Shown piece after piece: positions 1 to 9,768 of a DNA stretch of 32,000 bases; the stretch's first letter is position 1, and every line of letters begins with the position of its first letter. This DNA is from Flavobacteriaceae bacterium (lineage in GTDB: Bacteria; Bacteroidota; Bacteroidia; Flavobacteriales; Flavobacteriaceae): assembly GCA_965224465.1 (NCBI GenBank), contig OZ245049.1, positions 3,300,001 through 3,332,000 of the forward strand, written 5' to 3'. Under the pieces are notes generated by a model. It did no database searches, had not been told where the DNA came from, and saw nothing but the letters and a program-made list of their open reading frames with translations. The position numbers were made by a program, and so were the translations under genes.

Positions 1-49
1 CAAACTGATTATGACAAAATTTTTATAACAACGCTAAATGCTAGTTGAG

Positions 50-182
50 CCACTATTTACAATCTAAAATAACGGATATAAATAGTTTATTTTACGTTTT
101 AGCGTTGTTAAAAAACAGAACGATAGCTATCCTTAGATTCTCCGTCTAGCTAAAACAAAAAATAGTTCCATTTCTAAACCGT
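50..182 (-). repeat. Left copy of a ~135-bp inverted repeat (partner at 12459..12595)
   Basis: The reverse complement of 50..182 (ggtttagaaatggaactattttttgttttagctagacgg...ctaaggatagc...gttctgttttttaacaacgctaaaacgtaaa...ctatttatatc...attttagattgtaa) aligns by eye to 12459..12595. There are only scattered mismatches and two small indels. It lies just 3' of the nuclease gene stop. One arm of a 12-nt inverted pair, aacaacgctaaa (28..39) / tttagcgttgtt (98..109), falls inside it. Confidence 0.8.
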
Positions 183-220
183 CACTTGAAATTGTACTTG
201 GTATTACCAGTCACCAAATA

Positions 221-1279
221 CTATTTCTTCTCTTTAATCACATAAATATACACGGGGAAATGGTCACTATAACCTCCTGTAAAGTTTCCATAGCTAAAAC
301 TTCTATATGGATATCCTTTATAGCGTCCTTTTTTATTGATAAGGTAGCGTGGATTGTAAATATTGGCTTTAAACATTTTATAATCCTCAAAATTTTTGTC
401 AGTATCTAATAAAGAGGATGAAATTATTATTTGGTCAAATAAGTTGATATTGTCTCTATATCCCAAAGTATTTAGCCCTCTTGCATGCATGTTCTCCATT
501 GGGTTATACATGTTTCCTGGTTTAACTTCCGATTTTTTGCCTTTTGCTTTTAGTATGTTTTTGATGCTTCTATTGGTGGGGTCATCATTAAAATCTCCCA
601 TGGTAATAATTTTTGCCTGTGGGTTTTCTTGCTGTAGTTCTTTGATTATTTTGACATTTAAAGCGGCTGCTTTTTCTCGTTTGTGACTGCTTTTTTTCTC
701 TCCTCCACGTCTGGATGGCCAGTGATTTACAATTATATGGATCAATTCGTCGTCCAGGTAACCAGAAACTAATAATTGATCTCTAGTGGTTTGTTTTTTA
801 CCTTCTTTGTTATTTGCTAATTTTAACACGTAGTTTTTACTGTGTACGGGTTTAAAGTAGCGTTTTTGATAGAGTAGTGCTACGTCAATACCTCTAAAAT
901 CTGGAGAGTCGTAATGTACAATTCCATAGTTGAATTTTTTAAGATGCGTATTGGCGACTAAATCTTCCAATACTCTTAAGTTCTCTACTTCCGAAACACC
1001 TATAATTGCAGGTGCTGTATTGGTTTTTTTGCTTCCTATTTGTGCAATTACCCGTGCCATATTATCCAGCTTTTGGATGTATATCTTGGCAGTATCTCCT
1101 TTGGACTCCATAATAGGACTTGCTTCATCGTATACATTTGGGTCGTTTACAGTGTCAAATAGATTTTCCAAATTGTAAAATGCAATGGTTCTAATTTGGT
1201 ATTCCTTGCTTGAATTTTGAGCATTGCTACTAAGTGTCAAGAAACAAAGTGTTGCTATTAATAGATTGATTTTATTCAT
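221..1279 (-). CDS. Secreted endonuclease/exonuclease/phosphatase (EEP) family nuclease
   Basis: 352-aa ORF with ATG at 1279. Signal peptide MNKINLLIATLCFLTLSSNAQ. EEP hallmarks are visible in the translation: FYNLENLFD near the N-terminus, NHWPSRRGG, MGDFND and C-terminal SDHFPV. Confidence 0.85.
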   Translation of the reverse strand: MNKINLLIATLCFLTLSSNAQNSSKEYQIRTIAFYNLENLFDTVNDPNVYDEASPIMESKGDTAKIYIQKLDNMARVIAQIGSKKTNTAPAIIGVSEVENLRVLEDLVANTHLKKFNYGIVHYDSPDFRGIDVALLYQKRYFKPVHSKNYVLKLANNKEGKKQTTRDQLLVSGYLDDELIHIIVNHWPSRRGGEKKSSHKREKAAALNVKIIKELQQENPQAKIITMGDFNDDPTNRSIKNILKAKGKKSEVKPGNMYNPMENMHARGLNTLGYRDNINLFDQIIISSSLLDTDKNFEDYKMFKANIYNPRYLINKKGRYKGYPYRSFSYGNFTGGYSDHFPVYIYVIKEKK

Positions 1280-1300
1280 CGTTGTAAAATATTAGGTCTA

Positions 1301-1308
1301 CAAAGTTA
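1301..1308 (-). promoter_or_regulatory. Candidate Bacteroidetes -7 box for the nuclease gene
   Basis: Plus-strand caaagtta is TAACTTTG on the minus strand and matches TAnnTTTG. It sits ~21 nt upstream of the ATG at 1279. I found no well-spaced -33 TTG. Confidence 0.3.
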
Positions 1309-1353
1309 TGAACAAAAGTCGAACTGTGATTGTTTTTTACTTCTAAATTACAA

Positions 1354-1381
1354 TTGAACATGTTAATAAGTTGTAAATTTG
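1354..1381 (+). promoter_or_regulatory. Candidate Bacteroidetes sigma-A promoter for module 1
   Basis: TTG at 1354..1356 and TAAATTTG at 1374..1381 with a 17-nt spacer match the TTG / TAnnTTTG consensus. It is 46 nt upstream of the ATG at 1427. Confidence 0.45.
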
Positions 1382-1426
1382 CAAAGCAATAAAAAGTTGC
1401 AATCAAACATTTTTATCAATTCAAAT

Positions 1427-4147
1427 ATGAGAAAAACAATCGTCTCACTATTCCTTAGTTTATTTGTCGTTTTGTCGATAGATGCGCAAAGTTTGAGTAG
1501 TGTTAAAGGTACTGTTTCTGATAGCGATACGGGTAAAACCATCGCTGGAGTTACAGTAAAGGTTTTAGGGACAACCTTTGTTCAAAAAACAGGTTCTGAA
1601 GGGAATTTTATTTTGAATCAACTCCCAAAAGGTCAACATGTAATACAGTTGATTTTTGACGGCTACGGCACACAAAATTATCCTGTTGTTGTGTTGGAAG
1701 GAAAACAAGTGGATTTAGGAGTATTACTTTTGTACAAAGAAATGGGCTCTAGCAGCGATTTAAGTGTAATTACACTTTCTAATGACGATCTTTTAGAAGA
1801 TGAAGGCGGAGGATCGGACAATGTTTCTGGTTTATTATCTTCGTCAAAAGATGCTTTTTCAAGGGCTGCTGCTTTTAATTTTGGAGCTGCTTGGTTTAGA
1901 GTTCGTGGTTTTGATTCACAAAATGGAACGGTGATGCTCAATGGTATTCCGATGAACAAAATGTATGCGGGTCGTCCACAGTGGAGCAACTGGGGAGGAT
2001 TAAATGATGCTACAAGAAATCAAGAAGTAACGTTGGGTTTAGCACCATCAAGCAAAGTGTTTGGAGGGGTGTTAGGAACTACTAATATTTCTACCAGAGC
2101 TTCTGAGTACCGCCCAGGAACTAAGGTTACAGCATCGGCTACTAATAAAAATTACAGTGGTCGTATTATGGCAACACATGCTTCTGGCTTGAAAAATAAA
2201 TGGGCTTATACCATTTCTGCTTCTCGAAGATTTGCCAATGAAGGGTATTTTGAAGGGTCTTCTTATGATGCAAACTCTGTTTTTGCAGCCATTGAGTATC
2301 AGCCAAATGATGCACATAGCATAAATTTTACGGCTATTTACGCGATCAATAAAAGAGGGAAAAATTCTGGGAATACTCAGGAGGTCTGGGATTTGATGGG
2401 AACTAAGTATAATTCGTACTGGGGAAATCAAGATGGACATAAGAGAAATGCACGTATAAAGGAAGTAGAGGAGCCAATTTTTATGTTGACTCATGAGTGG
2501 GATATCAATAAAAAAACACAGTTGAGTACGAGTGTTGGTTATCAATTTGGAAAAATAGGAAATAGTAGATTAGGTTATTTTAACGTAAGAAATCCAGATC
2601 CAATGTATTATAAAAATTTACCGAGTTACTTTGCGAATTCTTTGGATCCAAAGGATGCGATTAATGCCGCGTATAATTTGCAAAATGATGAAAGCAAAGG
2701 TCAGTTAAACTGGGAAGCTCTTTATGCAGCCAATATGATGGATTCTTCTAAGAGTGCACGTTTTTATTTGTATGAAGACCGTAATGATGATGATCAATTC
2801 AGTTTTAATACCGTACTGTCTTCAGATATTAGTGAGCATCTTGGGATTAATGTTGGATTGACTTACCGTAACTTACAGTCTAATAATTATGCAAATATGT
2901 TAGACTTATTAGGGGCTTCACATTTTTATGATGAAGGGCAATACACACTTAAAAGAAGTAACTTGTTAGGGGAACCTACTATTTTAGAAAATGATACTTT
3001 TAGCTATAATTATAATTTGGATGCGAGAATTTTAGATGTGTTTACACAATTGCAATTTAATTATAATAAAGTAGATTTTTATGTGGCAGGAAAAGTGTCT
3101 AATACAAAATACCAACGGGAAGGCTTGTTTAAAAATGAAGTTTATGAAAATTCTTCTTATGGAAAAGGAAGGGAATTAAACTTTGACGATTTTAGCGTGA
3201 AAGGTGGACTTACCTATAAAATTACAGGCCGTCACCTGATTGATTTTAATGCAGGATACTTAAGCAAGGCTCCTTTGTTAAAAAATGCCTATTCAAATGC
3301 CCGTGTAAATCAGGATGTGGTGTTGGGAATAGATAGCGAAACTATAAAAACCGCAGATTTAAGTTATATTTTTAGAGCGCCCGGAATCAAAGCGCGTTTA
3401 ACAGGGTATTATGCCAAATTTGAACATGGAACTGATATTTCTCGTTATTTTGACGAGAGTTTAGGAGAGTTTGTATCCGAAGTTTTAACAGGGGTTAATC
3501 GCAAACATTTTGGGGCTGAATTTGGTTTGGAATACAATGTAACTCAAACGGTAAAAGCGATTGCTGTTGCAGCCATTGGGCAATACACGTATGATAATAA
3601 TCCATTGACATATTATACTTCGGACGAATCATTTATAGAGACCGTTGAGCCAACAATATCTTATATTAAAGATTATAAAGTTGCAGGGACTCCTCAACAA
3701 GCGTATTCTTTAGGCTTGGAATACCGCGATCCAAAATACTGGTGGGTAGGTGTAAATGCAAACCAGATGTCACATACCTATGTAGATGTATCTTCGGGCT
3801 TAAGAACGAAGCGCTTTTATACAAACCCTGATACAAATCAACCATTTGTAGGTGTAAGTCAATCAGATGTTGATGAGGTATTAAAACAAGAACGTTTTGA
3901 CGATTATGTATTGGTAAATCTTACCGGTGGGAAATCTTGGAGGATAAATGGTAAATATGTTTCTCTTTTTGCAAGTGTAAATAATATTTTAAATACCGAA
4001 TATAAAACAGGAGGGTACGAACAAGGGAGAAAAGGAAATTACAAATTATTAAAAGAAGACCAATCTCGAAAAACACCCTTATTTGGGTCTAAATACTGGT
4101 ATGGGTACGGGACTTCTTTTTACATCAATTTCTCAGTTAGCTTTTAA
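1427..4147 (+). CDS. CarboxypepD_reg-domain TonB-dependent-receptor-like outer-membrane barrel (paralog 1)
   Basis: The track ORF starts at TTG 1379. ATG 1427 gives the signal peptide MRKTIVSLFLSLFVVLSIDAQ. It has a carboxypeptidase-regulatory-like N-domain (VKGTVSDSDTGKTIAGVTVKV) and a plug-like segment (AWFRVRGFDSQNGTVMLNGIPMNKMY). A long Tyr/Gly/Asn-rich barrel ends ...YINFSVSF with a terminal Phe. Confidence 0.8.
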   Translation: MRKTIVSLFLSLFVVLSIDAQSLSSVKGTVSDSDTGKTIAGVTVKVLGTTFVQKTGSEGNFILNQLPKGQHVIQLIFDGYGTQNYPVVVLEGKQVDLGVLLLYKEMGSSSDLSVITLSNDDLLEDEGGGSDNVSGLLSSSKDAFSRAAAFNFGAAWFRVRGFDSQNGTVMLNGIPMNKMYAGRPQWSNWGGLNDATRNQEVTLGLAPSSKVFGGVLGTTNISTRASEYRPGTKVTASATNKNYSGRIMATHASGLKNKWAYTISASRRFANEGYFEGSSYDANSVFAAIEYQPNDAHSINFTAIYAINKRGKNSGNTQEVWDLMGTKYNSYWGNQDGHKRNARIKEVEEPIFMLTHEWDINKKTQLSTSVGYQFGKIGNSRLGYFNVRNPDPMYYKNLPSYFANSLDPKDAINAAYNLQNDESKGQLNWEALYAANMMDSSKSARFYLYEDRNDDDQFSFNTVLSSDISEHLGINVGLTYRNLQSNNYANMLDLLGASHFYDEGQYTLKRSNLLGEPTILENDTFSYNYNLDARILDVFTQLQFNYNKVDFYVAGKVSNTKYQREGLFKNEVYENSSYGKGRELNFDDFSVKGGLTYKITGRHLIDFNAGYLSKAPLLKNAYSNARVNQDVVLGIDSETIKTADLSYIFRAPGIKARLTGYYAKFEHGTDISRYFDESLGEFVSEVLTGVNRKHFGAEFGLEYNVTQTVKAIAVAAIGQYTYDNNPLTYYTSDESFIETVEPTISYIKDYKVAGTPQQAYSLGLEYRDPKYWWVGVNANQMSHTYVDVSSGLRTKRFYTNPDTNQPFVGVSQSDVDEVLKQERFDDYVLVNLTGGKSWRINGKYVSLFASVNNILNTEYKTGGYEQGRKGNYKLLKEDQSRKTPLFGSKYWYGYGTSFYINFSVSF

Positions 4148-4174
4148 TAAAAAAATTAAATAAAATATTCAACA

Positions 4175-6868
4175 ATGAAAAATTTAACAATTTCAAAAAT
4201 CGCGGCTAGCTTGTTCCTTTTACTAGGGATATTAGTAGCATGTGTGCAGGATAATCAATACGATACACCACAAATTACGTGTAATGAACCAGCGGTTAAG
4301 GTAAACGCAACAATTGCAGAAGTAAAAGCATTGTACGCAGGTAGTGTAGTGCAAATTACAAGCGATATGATTATTGAAGGATATGTAGTGTCTAACGATG
4401 AAGCTGGAAATTTTTATGGGAGTTTACATTTTCAAGATGCCTTGGAAAATCCAACAATTGGATTTCAGTTAGATACCAATCTTCCTGATCTGTATACAAA
4501 ATATCCTGTTGGAAGTAAAATTATTATAAACCTTAACGGATTGTATTTAGGAGATTATAACGGATTGCTAAAAGTAGGGGGGCTCTTTGATTCTCACGGA
4601 ACGCTTAGAGTTGGACGTTTGAGTGCTGCTAAATCTGCAAAAGCTATCTATCTTGCATGTGACGAAAAAGGAAAGGTAATTCCTAAAGCAATGGCTATTT
4701 CTGCTATTGACGACTCCATGATTAATACCTTAATTAAACTCGAAAATGTAGAAATTGCTCCTGCTAGTTTATGTCAAGCGTACGCTATTGAAGGGCAATC
4801 TAAACCTACAAGTATCTTTTTAAAAGACTGTAATGGAGGTGAAATTATCTTAAGTAATAGTGGGTTCTCAGATTTTCAATCGGTAATAGTACCAAATGGA
4901 AACGGTACCTTAACAGCTGTTTTAAGTAAGTATAAAGGTACATATCAATTAAAAATTAGAGACACTAAAGATGTAGTGATGAATGATGCACGTTGTGATG
5001 GATCTACGTTCTCTTGTGATGCTCCAAAAGTGAATGCAACTATTAAAGATGTAAAAGATGTATATTCAGGTGATTTAGTTCAAGTTTCTGAGGATCTGAT
5101 TTTTGATGCGACCGTTACTGCAAATGATATTAGTGGAAATGCGTACAAATTTATCTATGTTCAAGATGAAACTGGAGGGTTGAAAATCAAAATCAATCAA
5201 AAAACACTTTACTTACGTGGATATGCAGTAGGGCAACAAGTGACTGTTAAAGCAAAAGACCTTTATTTAGGTGACTATGGTGGAGAAATTCAGTTAGGTG
5301 GATTGTATGAAGGTAAAATAGGAAACATGGATGAAAGTGATATTTACAAGCACTTATTTATTGGAGAAAAAAATGAGATTTTAACTCCTGCCACTGTAAC
5401 TATTCCTGAGTTGACAGCAGCGCATGTTGGTTTATTTGTTAAAATTGAAAATTTACAATTTACAGAAGAAGGAGTCACTTTTGCGGAACCTAAAAAAACA
5501 ACAAATAGAAGTTTGGTTGATTGTTCTGCCAATGGTTTGATTGTGAGAACTAGTGGCTATGCTAACTTTGCAAGTACAAAACTACCTACTGGAAATGGAA
5601 CCGTATATGGTATTGTAAATGTATTTAATGGTTCGTACCAATTGTTTTTGAGAGATTCAAAAGATTTTTCAGGAATGAATGCTGAAAAGTGTGATATTTT
5701 TGCAAGTGCCGTTCCTATAGATGTATCTGCAATTAGAGCGATGTTCTCTGGGAGTAAAATAACAATTGAAAAAAACATTAAAATTACTGCAGTGATCACT
5801 TCAAATGGAGCTGTTGGGAATATTTATAACTCAAATGCCTTTGCGCAAGATGCAACTGGAGCAATTGCTTTACGATTTAAAGGAGCTCATAAATTGGCTT
5901 TGGGGACTAAAGTAGAAATAGCTTTAAAAGGAATAGAGCTAGGAACCTATAAAGGATCGTTACAATTAAACAACATTCCAGTAGTAAATATTCGTAGCAC
6001 TGTCGCAGGGACATTGCCTTCTCCGACAGTAATTACTTTGGAGGAAGCATTGTCTGGAAATTTTCAAGCGATGTTAGTAACTATAAAAGGAGTAGAATTT
6101 AAGAACAATACAAAAAACTATAAAGGAGATAACGTATTGACAGATTGTACGAACCAATTATTAGTAAAAGTACGTTCGGATGCTACTTTTAACGATGTTG
6201 TTGTAAATGCTATGAAAGGTGCAATTACGGGAATAATGACGGAGTTTAATACTCCTCAATTGTATATTCGTGATGCTGCAGATGTATCGTTTGCTGATGC
6301 GTACGTAGCTTGTGGAACTACTGGTGGAGGTGGTTCTGATGGTGCTGCCTCAGGGTTGTATATTAGTGAATATTCAGAAGGCTCTAGTAGCAATAAATAC
6401 ATCGAAATTTACAATGGTACAGGTGCTGAAGTAAACCTGTCTGAATACAAAATTTTGGCCTCAAATAATGGAAAAGGGTGGCTAGCAGATAGAGAATTAG
6501 TATTGTCCGGAATGCTTGCTGATGGTGCATTTTATATTCTAGCAGCTGATACAGCAAATCAAGAAATATTAGACAAATCAAATTTAAAATTAGGATACCC
6601 AAGTCCTGTTCATTTTAATGGAGATGATGCGATTGCCTTGACAAAAATGAATGGTGCAGGTATTTTTGAAATTATTGATGTGATTGGTACTCCTGATACA
6701 GATCCAGGTAAAGGATGGGAAGTAGCAGGTGTTGCAAATGGAACTGTAAACCATACAATAATTAGAAAAGCAACGGTCACCAAAGGAAGTACTGATTGGG
6801 CAACCACAGCTGCTACTGAATGGGTGGTAAAAGCGGAAGATGATTGGACAAATTTAGGTGTTAGATAA
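4175..6868 (+). CDS. Lipoprotein with three DUF5689-type repeats and a C-terminal lamin-tail domain (paralog 1)
   Basis: Lipobox LLLGILVAC. Three internal ~230-aa repeats begin VNATIAEVKALY, VNATIKDVKDVY and IDVSAIRAMF; each carries a G(N)xY..Q(D)..G motif and a LQLGG/LKVGG motif. The C-terminus LYISEYSEGSSSNKYIEIYNGTGAEVNLSEYKI...FNGDDAIAL is LTD-like. Confidence 0.75.
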   Translation: MKNLTISKIAASLFLLLGILVACVQDNQYDTPQITCNEPAVKVNATIAEVKALYAGSVVQITSDMIIEGYVVSNDEAGNFYGSLHFQDALENPTIGFQLDTNLPDLYTKYPVGSKIIINLNGLYLGDYNGLLKVGGLFDSHGTLRVGRLSAAKSAKAIYLACDEKGKVIPKAMAISAIDDSMINTLIKLENVEIAPASLCQAYAIEGQSKPTSIFLKDCNGGEIILSNSGFSDFQSVIVPNGNGTLTAVLSKYKGTYQLKIRDTKDVVMNDARCDGSTFSCDAPKVNATIKDVKDVYSGDLVQVSEDLIFDATVTANDISGNAYKFIYVQDETGGLKIKINQKTLYLRGYAVGQQVTVKAKDLYLGDYGGEIQLGGLYEGKIGNMDESDIYKHLFIGEKNEILTPATVTIPELTAAHVGLFVKIENLQFTEEGVTFAEPKKTTNRSLVDCSANGLIVRTSGYANFASTKLPTGNGTVYGIVNVFNGSYQLFLRDSKDFSGMNAEKCDIFASAVPIDVSAIRAMFSGSKITIEKNIKITAVITSNGAVGNIYNSNAFAQDATGAIALRFKGAHKLALGTKVEIALKGIELGTYKGSLQLNNIPVVNIRSTVAGTLPSPTVITLEEALSGNFQAMLVTIKGVEFKNNTKNYKGDNVLTDCTNQLLVKVRSDATFNDVVVNAMKGAITGIMTEFNTPQLYIRDAADVSFADAYVACGTTGGGGSDGAASGLYISEYSEGSSSNKYIEIYNGTGAEVNLSEYKILASNNGKGWLADRELVLSGMLADGAFYILAADTANQEILDKSNLKLGYPSPVHFNGDDAIALTKMNGAGIFEIIDVIGTPDTDPGKGWEVAGVANGTVNHTIIRKATVTKGSTDWATTAATEWVVKAEDDWTNLGVR

Positions 6869-6896
6869 ATAGTTTTATTCATCTAAAAACAATGAT

Positions 6897-6923
6897 AAAA
6901 GGCGGCCAATTGGTCGCCTTTTT
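6897..6923 (+). terminator. Rho-independent terminator after module 1
   Basis: aaaaGGCGGCCaattGGTCGCCttttt. The GC-rich 7-8 bp stem has one G-U wobble and a 4-nt loop, and is followed by a T5 tract. It sits 29 nt after the stop at 6868. Confidence 0.7.
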
Positions 6924-7027
6924 ACGTGTTTAGGAAAGAGTAAAAAACAAACAAATATTTTTTAATTCGCTTCTTTTCTGTAACTTATAAAAAATTGCAA
7001 CCCCTTTTTAATTTTTAATTGCGAATT

Positions 7028-9751
7028 ATGAAAGAAATAATGAGTGTATTGCTCATCTGTTTGTGCGTGAATACATCTGTAAACGCACAGTCACGATGTA
7101 GTGTAAAAGGGATGGTGATTAGTGAGCGGTCAAATGCACCTTTATTGGGAGTGACAGTTCAAATCTTAGAAACATCTATATCGGACACTAGCAATGTGAA
7201 AGGGGAATTTAATCTCAAAAAATGTACCGCTGGAAAACAGGTGCTTAAGGTTCAATTACAAGGTTTTGAATCTTTAAAAGTTACGGTGTATTGCGTAGAA
7301 GGCAAAGAAATAGACCTTGGTTTTTTGGTCTTATCTAGAATGGTTGATGTATTGAACCAAGGAAGTGTTATTGCTATTTCAGAACTAGAGTTGTTAGATG
7401 ATGAAGGAACTGCTGATAATGTTTCTGGGGTGCTATCTGCTTCTAAAGATGCCTTTTCTAGAGCTGCCGCCTACAGTTTTGGTCAGGCGTGGTTTCGGGT
7501 TCGGGGTTATGACTCTAGATATGCGACAGTGATGATCAATGGTATTACAATGAATAAAATGTATGGTGGTCGTCCACAGTGGAGTAATTGGGGAGGTTTG
7601 AATGATGCGACCAGAAATCAAGAAGTTACTTTTGGATTGGCGCTCTCAGAGACTACTTTTGGAGATCTCGTAGGAACTACTAATATGATTACCACTGCCT
7701 CTCTGTATCGTCCTGGTACAAAAGTTACCGTTTCTGCGAGCAATAAAAGTTATAAAGGAAGGCTGATGGTGACATACGCTTCTGGCTTAAAAAACAAATG
7801 GGCCTATGTAGTTTCTGCCTCGAGACGATTTGCCAAAGAAGGCTATTTTCAAGGCTCGTATTATGATGCAAATTCCTTTTTTACATCCGTAGAATATCAA
7901 CCTAGCGCCAAACAGCATTTTAATTTAACGGCTATTTATGCTCAAAATAAACGAGGTAAAAATTCAGGACATACACAGGAAGTATGGGACTTGATGGGAA
8001 GAAAATACAATGCGTATTGGGGGCGTCAGGAAGGAAAAAAAAGAAATGCAAGAGTAAAGGAAGTAAGCGAACCTATAGTCATGTTGTCACATCAATTACA
8101 GTTCACAAATAAAACGGAGCTAAATACAAGTGTTGCATATCAATTTGGACATATAGGAAATAGCAGATTGGGCTATTATAAACAACAAAATCCAGACCCG
8201 ACGTATTATCGAAACCTACCGAGTTATTTTCAAGCAAACGACCCCCTAAATCCGGATATTGTCTCAGAAACAGTAAGCGCTTTTAAACAGGATGCTCATA
8301 GAAATCAGATTGATTGGCTAGACTTATATAAAACAAATAATGCCTTACAGAACCAAAATGCGGGGTATTATTTATATGAAGATAGAAATACGGATAGACA
8401 ATGGAGTGTACAAAGTGTTATGTCTACAGCATTGACCGAATATGCGAGTGTAAATTTAGGCTTGCGTTTTGTGAATTTTAAGAGTCAAAATTACGCAAAA
8501 ATGCTAGGTCTTTTAGGCGCTTCTTATTTTATGGATAGGGATGGTTTTAATAATACGTCCAATAACTTATTGTCAGATAATCCCATTTTAAAAGGGGATA
8601 AATTTAGGTATTACTATCTATTGTCAGTTCACAAAAATAGTATTTTTGGACAGTATCAATATCAAAAAAACAAGATAGATGCCTTTGCTTCTGCCCAATT
8701 CATAAATACTACCTATCAGCGAGAAGGACGGTTTCAAAACGAATTGTACAAGGAGAATTCATTGGGTTTGGGTAAAAAAACAACATTCGATACGCCACAG
8801 CTTAAAATGGGTATTACGTATAAAATTACTGGCCGTCATTTGTTAAGTCTAAATGCAGCAAGCATCTCTAAAGCGCCTACTTTACGGAATAGTTATTCCA
8901 ATGCTCGTGTGAATAATGATGTGGTTTTGAACCTAGAAAACGAGAAAATAAACACGGTAGATATTGGCTATATTCACAGGTCTCCTTTGATAAAATCCCG
9001 TATAACGGGCTATTATACGTCTTTTTCAAAAGGAAGCAAGATTTCAAGATATTACGACCAGAATTTAGGGGAGTTTGTAGCAGAAGTTTTGACGGATATA
9101 GAAAAAATTCATTGTGGTGTTGAAGTGAGTTTTGAATGCAAAATTAGCAGCGCGGTAAACGCTACTTTTGTAGCTGCTATTGGGAATTATACGTATGCTA
9201 ACAATCCTCAAAGTTATTATACTTCGGATCAGTCTTTGCTGGGGGCTGTAAATCCTGTTCCTACTTTTTTAAAGGGCTATCGTACTGCTGGTACGCCTCA
9301 ACAAGCTTTTTCTTTGGGAGTAGATTACCGTTCTCAAAATTATTGGTGGCTTGGAATAAATGCCAATCATTTATCACATACGTATGTAGATGTCGCTGCA
9401 GGCTTGCGAACGGAGCGTTTTTATACAAACCCTGTAACCAACCAATTGTATGCCAATGTGACAATGCAAGATGTGAAAGATATTTTAGTGCAAGAGCAGT
9501 TTGATAGCTATGTTCTTGTAAATATTATTGGTGGGAAATCTTGGAAGGTCAAAAAAAAGTATATCAGTTTGTTTATAAGTGCTAGTAATGTGCTGAATAC
9601 GAACTATAAAACGGGGGGTTATGAACAAGGAAGGTATGGGAATTATACATTATTAAAAAAAGATAAAGAAAGAGCAACTCCCATGTTTGGTGCTAAATAT
9701 TGGATGGGATATGGCTACTCGTATTACCTTAATCTATCGGTAAGTTTTTAG
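7028..9751 (+). CDS. CarboxypepD_reg-domain TonB-dependent-receptor-like outer-membrane barrel (paralog 2)
   Basis: The track ORF starts at TTG 7019; the first ATG is at 7028 (MKEIMSVLLICLCVNTSVNAQ). It is collinear with 1427..4147 and shares long identical runs such as GRPQWSNWGGLNDATRNQEVT, ITGRHL and TAGTPQQA. It ends ...YLNLSVSF. Confidence 0.8.
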   Translation: MKEIMSVLLICLCVNTSVNAQSRCSVKGMVISERSNAPLLGVTVQILETSISDTSNVKGEFNLKKCTAGKQVLKVQLQGFESLKVTVYCVEGKEIDLGFLVLSRMVDVLNQGSVIAISELELLDDEGTADNVSGVLSASKDAFSRAAAYSFGQAWFRVRGYDSRYATVMINGITMNKMYGGRPQWSNWGGLNDATRNQEVTFGLALSETTFGDLVGTTNMITTASLYRPGTKVTVSASNKSYKGRLMVTYASGLKNKWAYVVSASRRFAKEGYFQGSYYDANSFFTSVEYQPSAKQHFNLTAIYAQNKRGKNSGHTQEVWDLMGRKYNAYWGRQEGKKRNARVKEVSEPIVMLSHQLQFTNKTELNTSVAYQFGHIGNSRLGYYKQQNPDPTYYRNLPSYFQANDPLNPDIVSETVSAFKQDAHRNQIDWLDLYKTNNALQNQNAGYYLYEDRNTDRQWSVQSVMSTALTEYASVNLGLRFVNFKSQNYAKMLGLLGASYFMDRDGFNNTSNNLLSDNPILKGDKFRYYYLLSVHKNSIFGQYQYQKNKIDAFASAQFINTTYQREGRFQNELYKENSLGLGKKTTFDTPQLKMGITYKITGRHLLSLNAASISKAPTLRNSYSNARVNNDVVLNLENEKINTVDIGYIHRSPLIKSRITGYYTSFSKGSKISRYYDQNLGEFVAEVLTDIEKIHCGVEVSFECKISSAVNATFVAAIGNYTYANNPQSYYTSDQSLLGAVNPVPTFLKGYRTAGTPQQAFSLGVDYRSQNYWWLGINANHLSHTYVDVAAGLRTERFYTNPVTNQLYANVTMQDVKDILVQEQFDSYVLVNIIGGKSWKVKKKYISLFISASNVLNTNYKTGGYEQGRYGNYTLLKKDKERATPMFGAKYWMGYGYSYYLNLSVSF

Positions 9752-9768
9752 AATTTAAAGAAAATGTG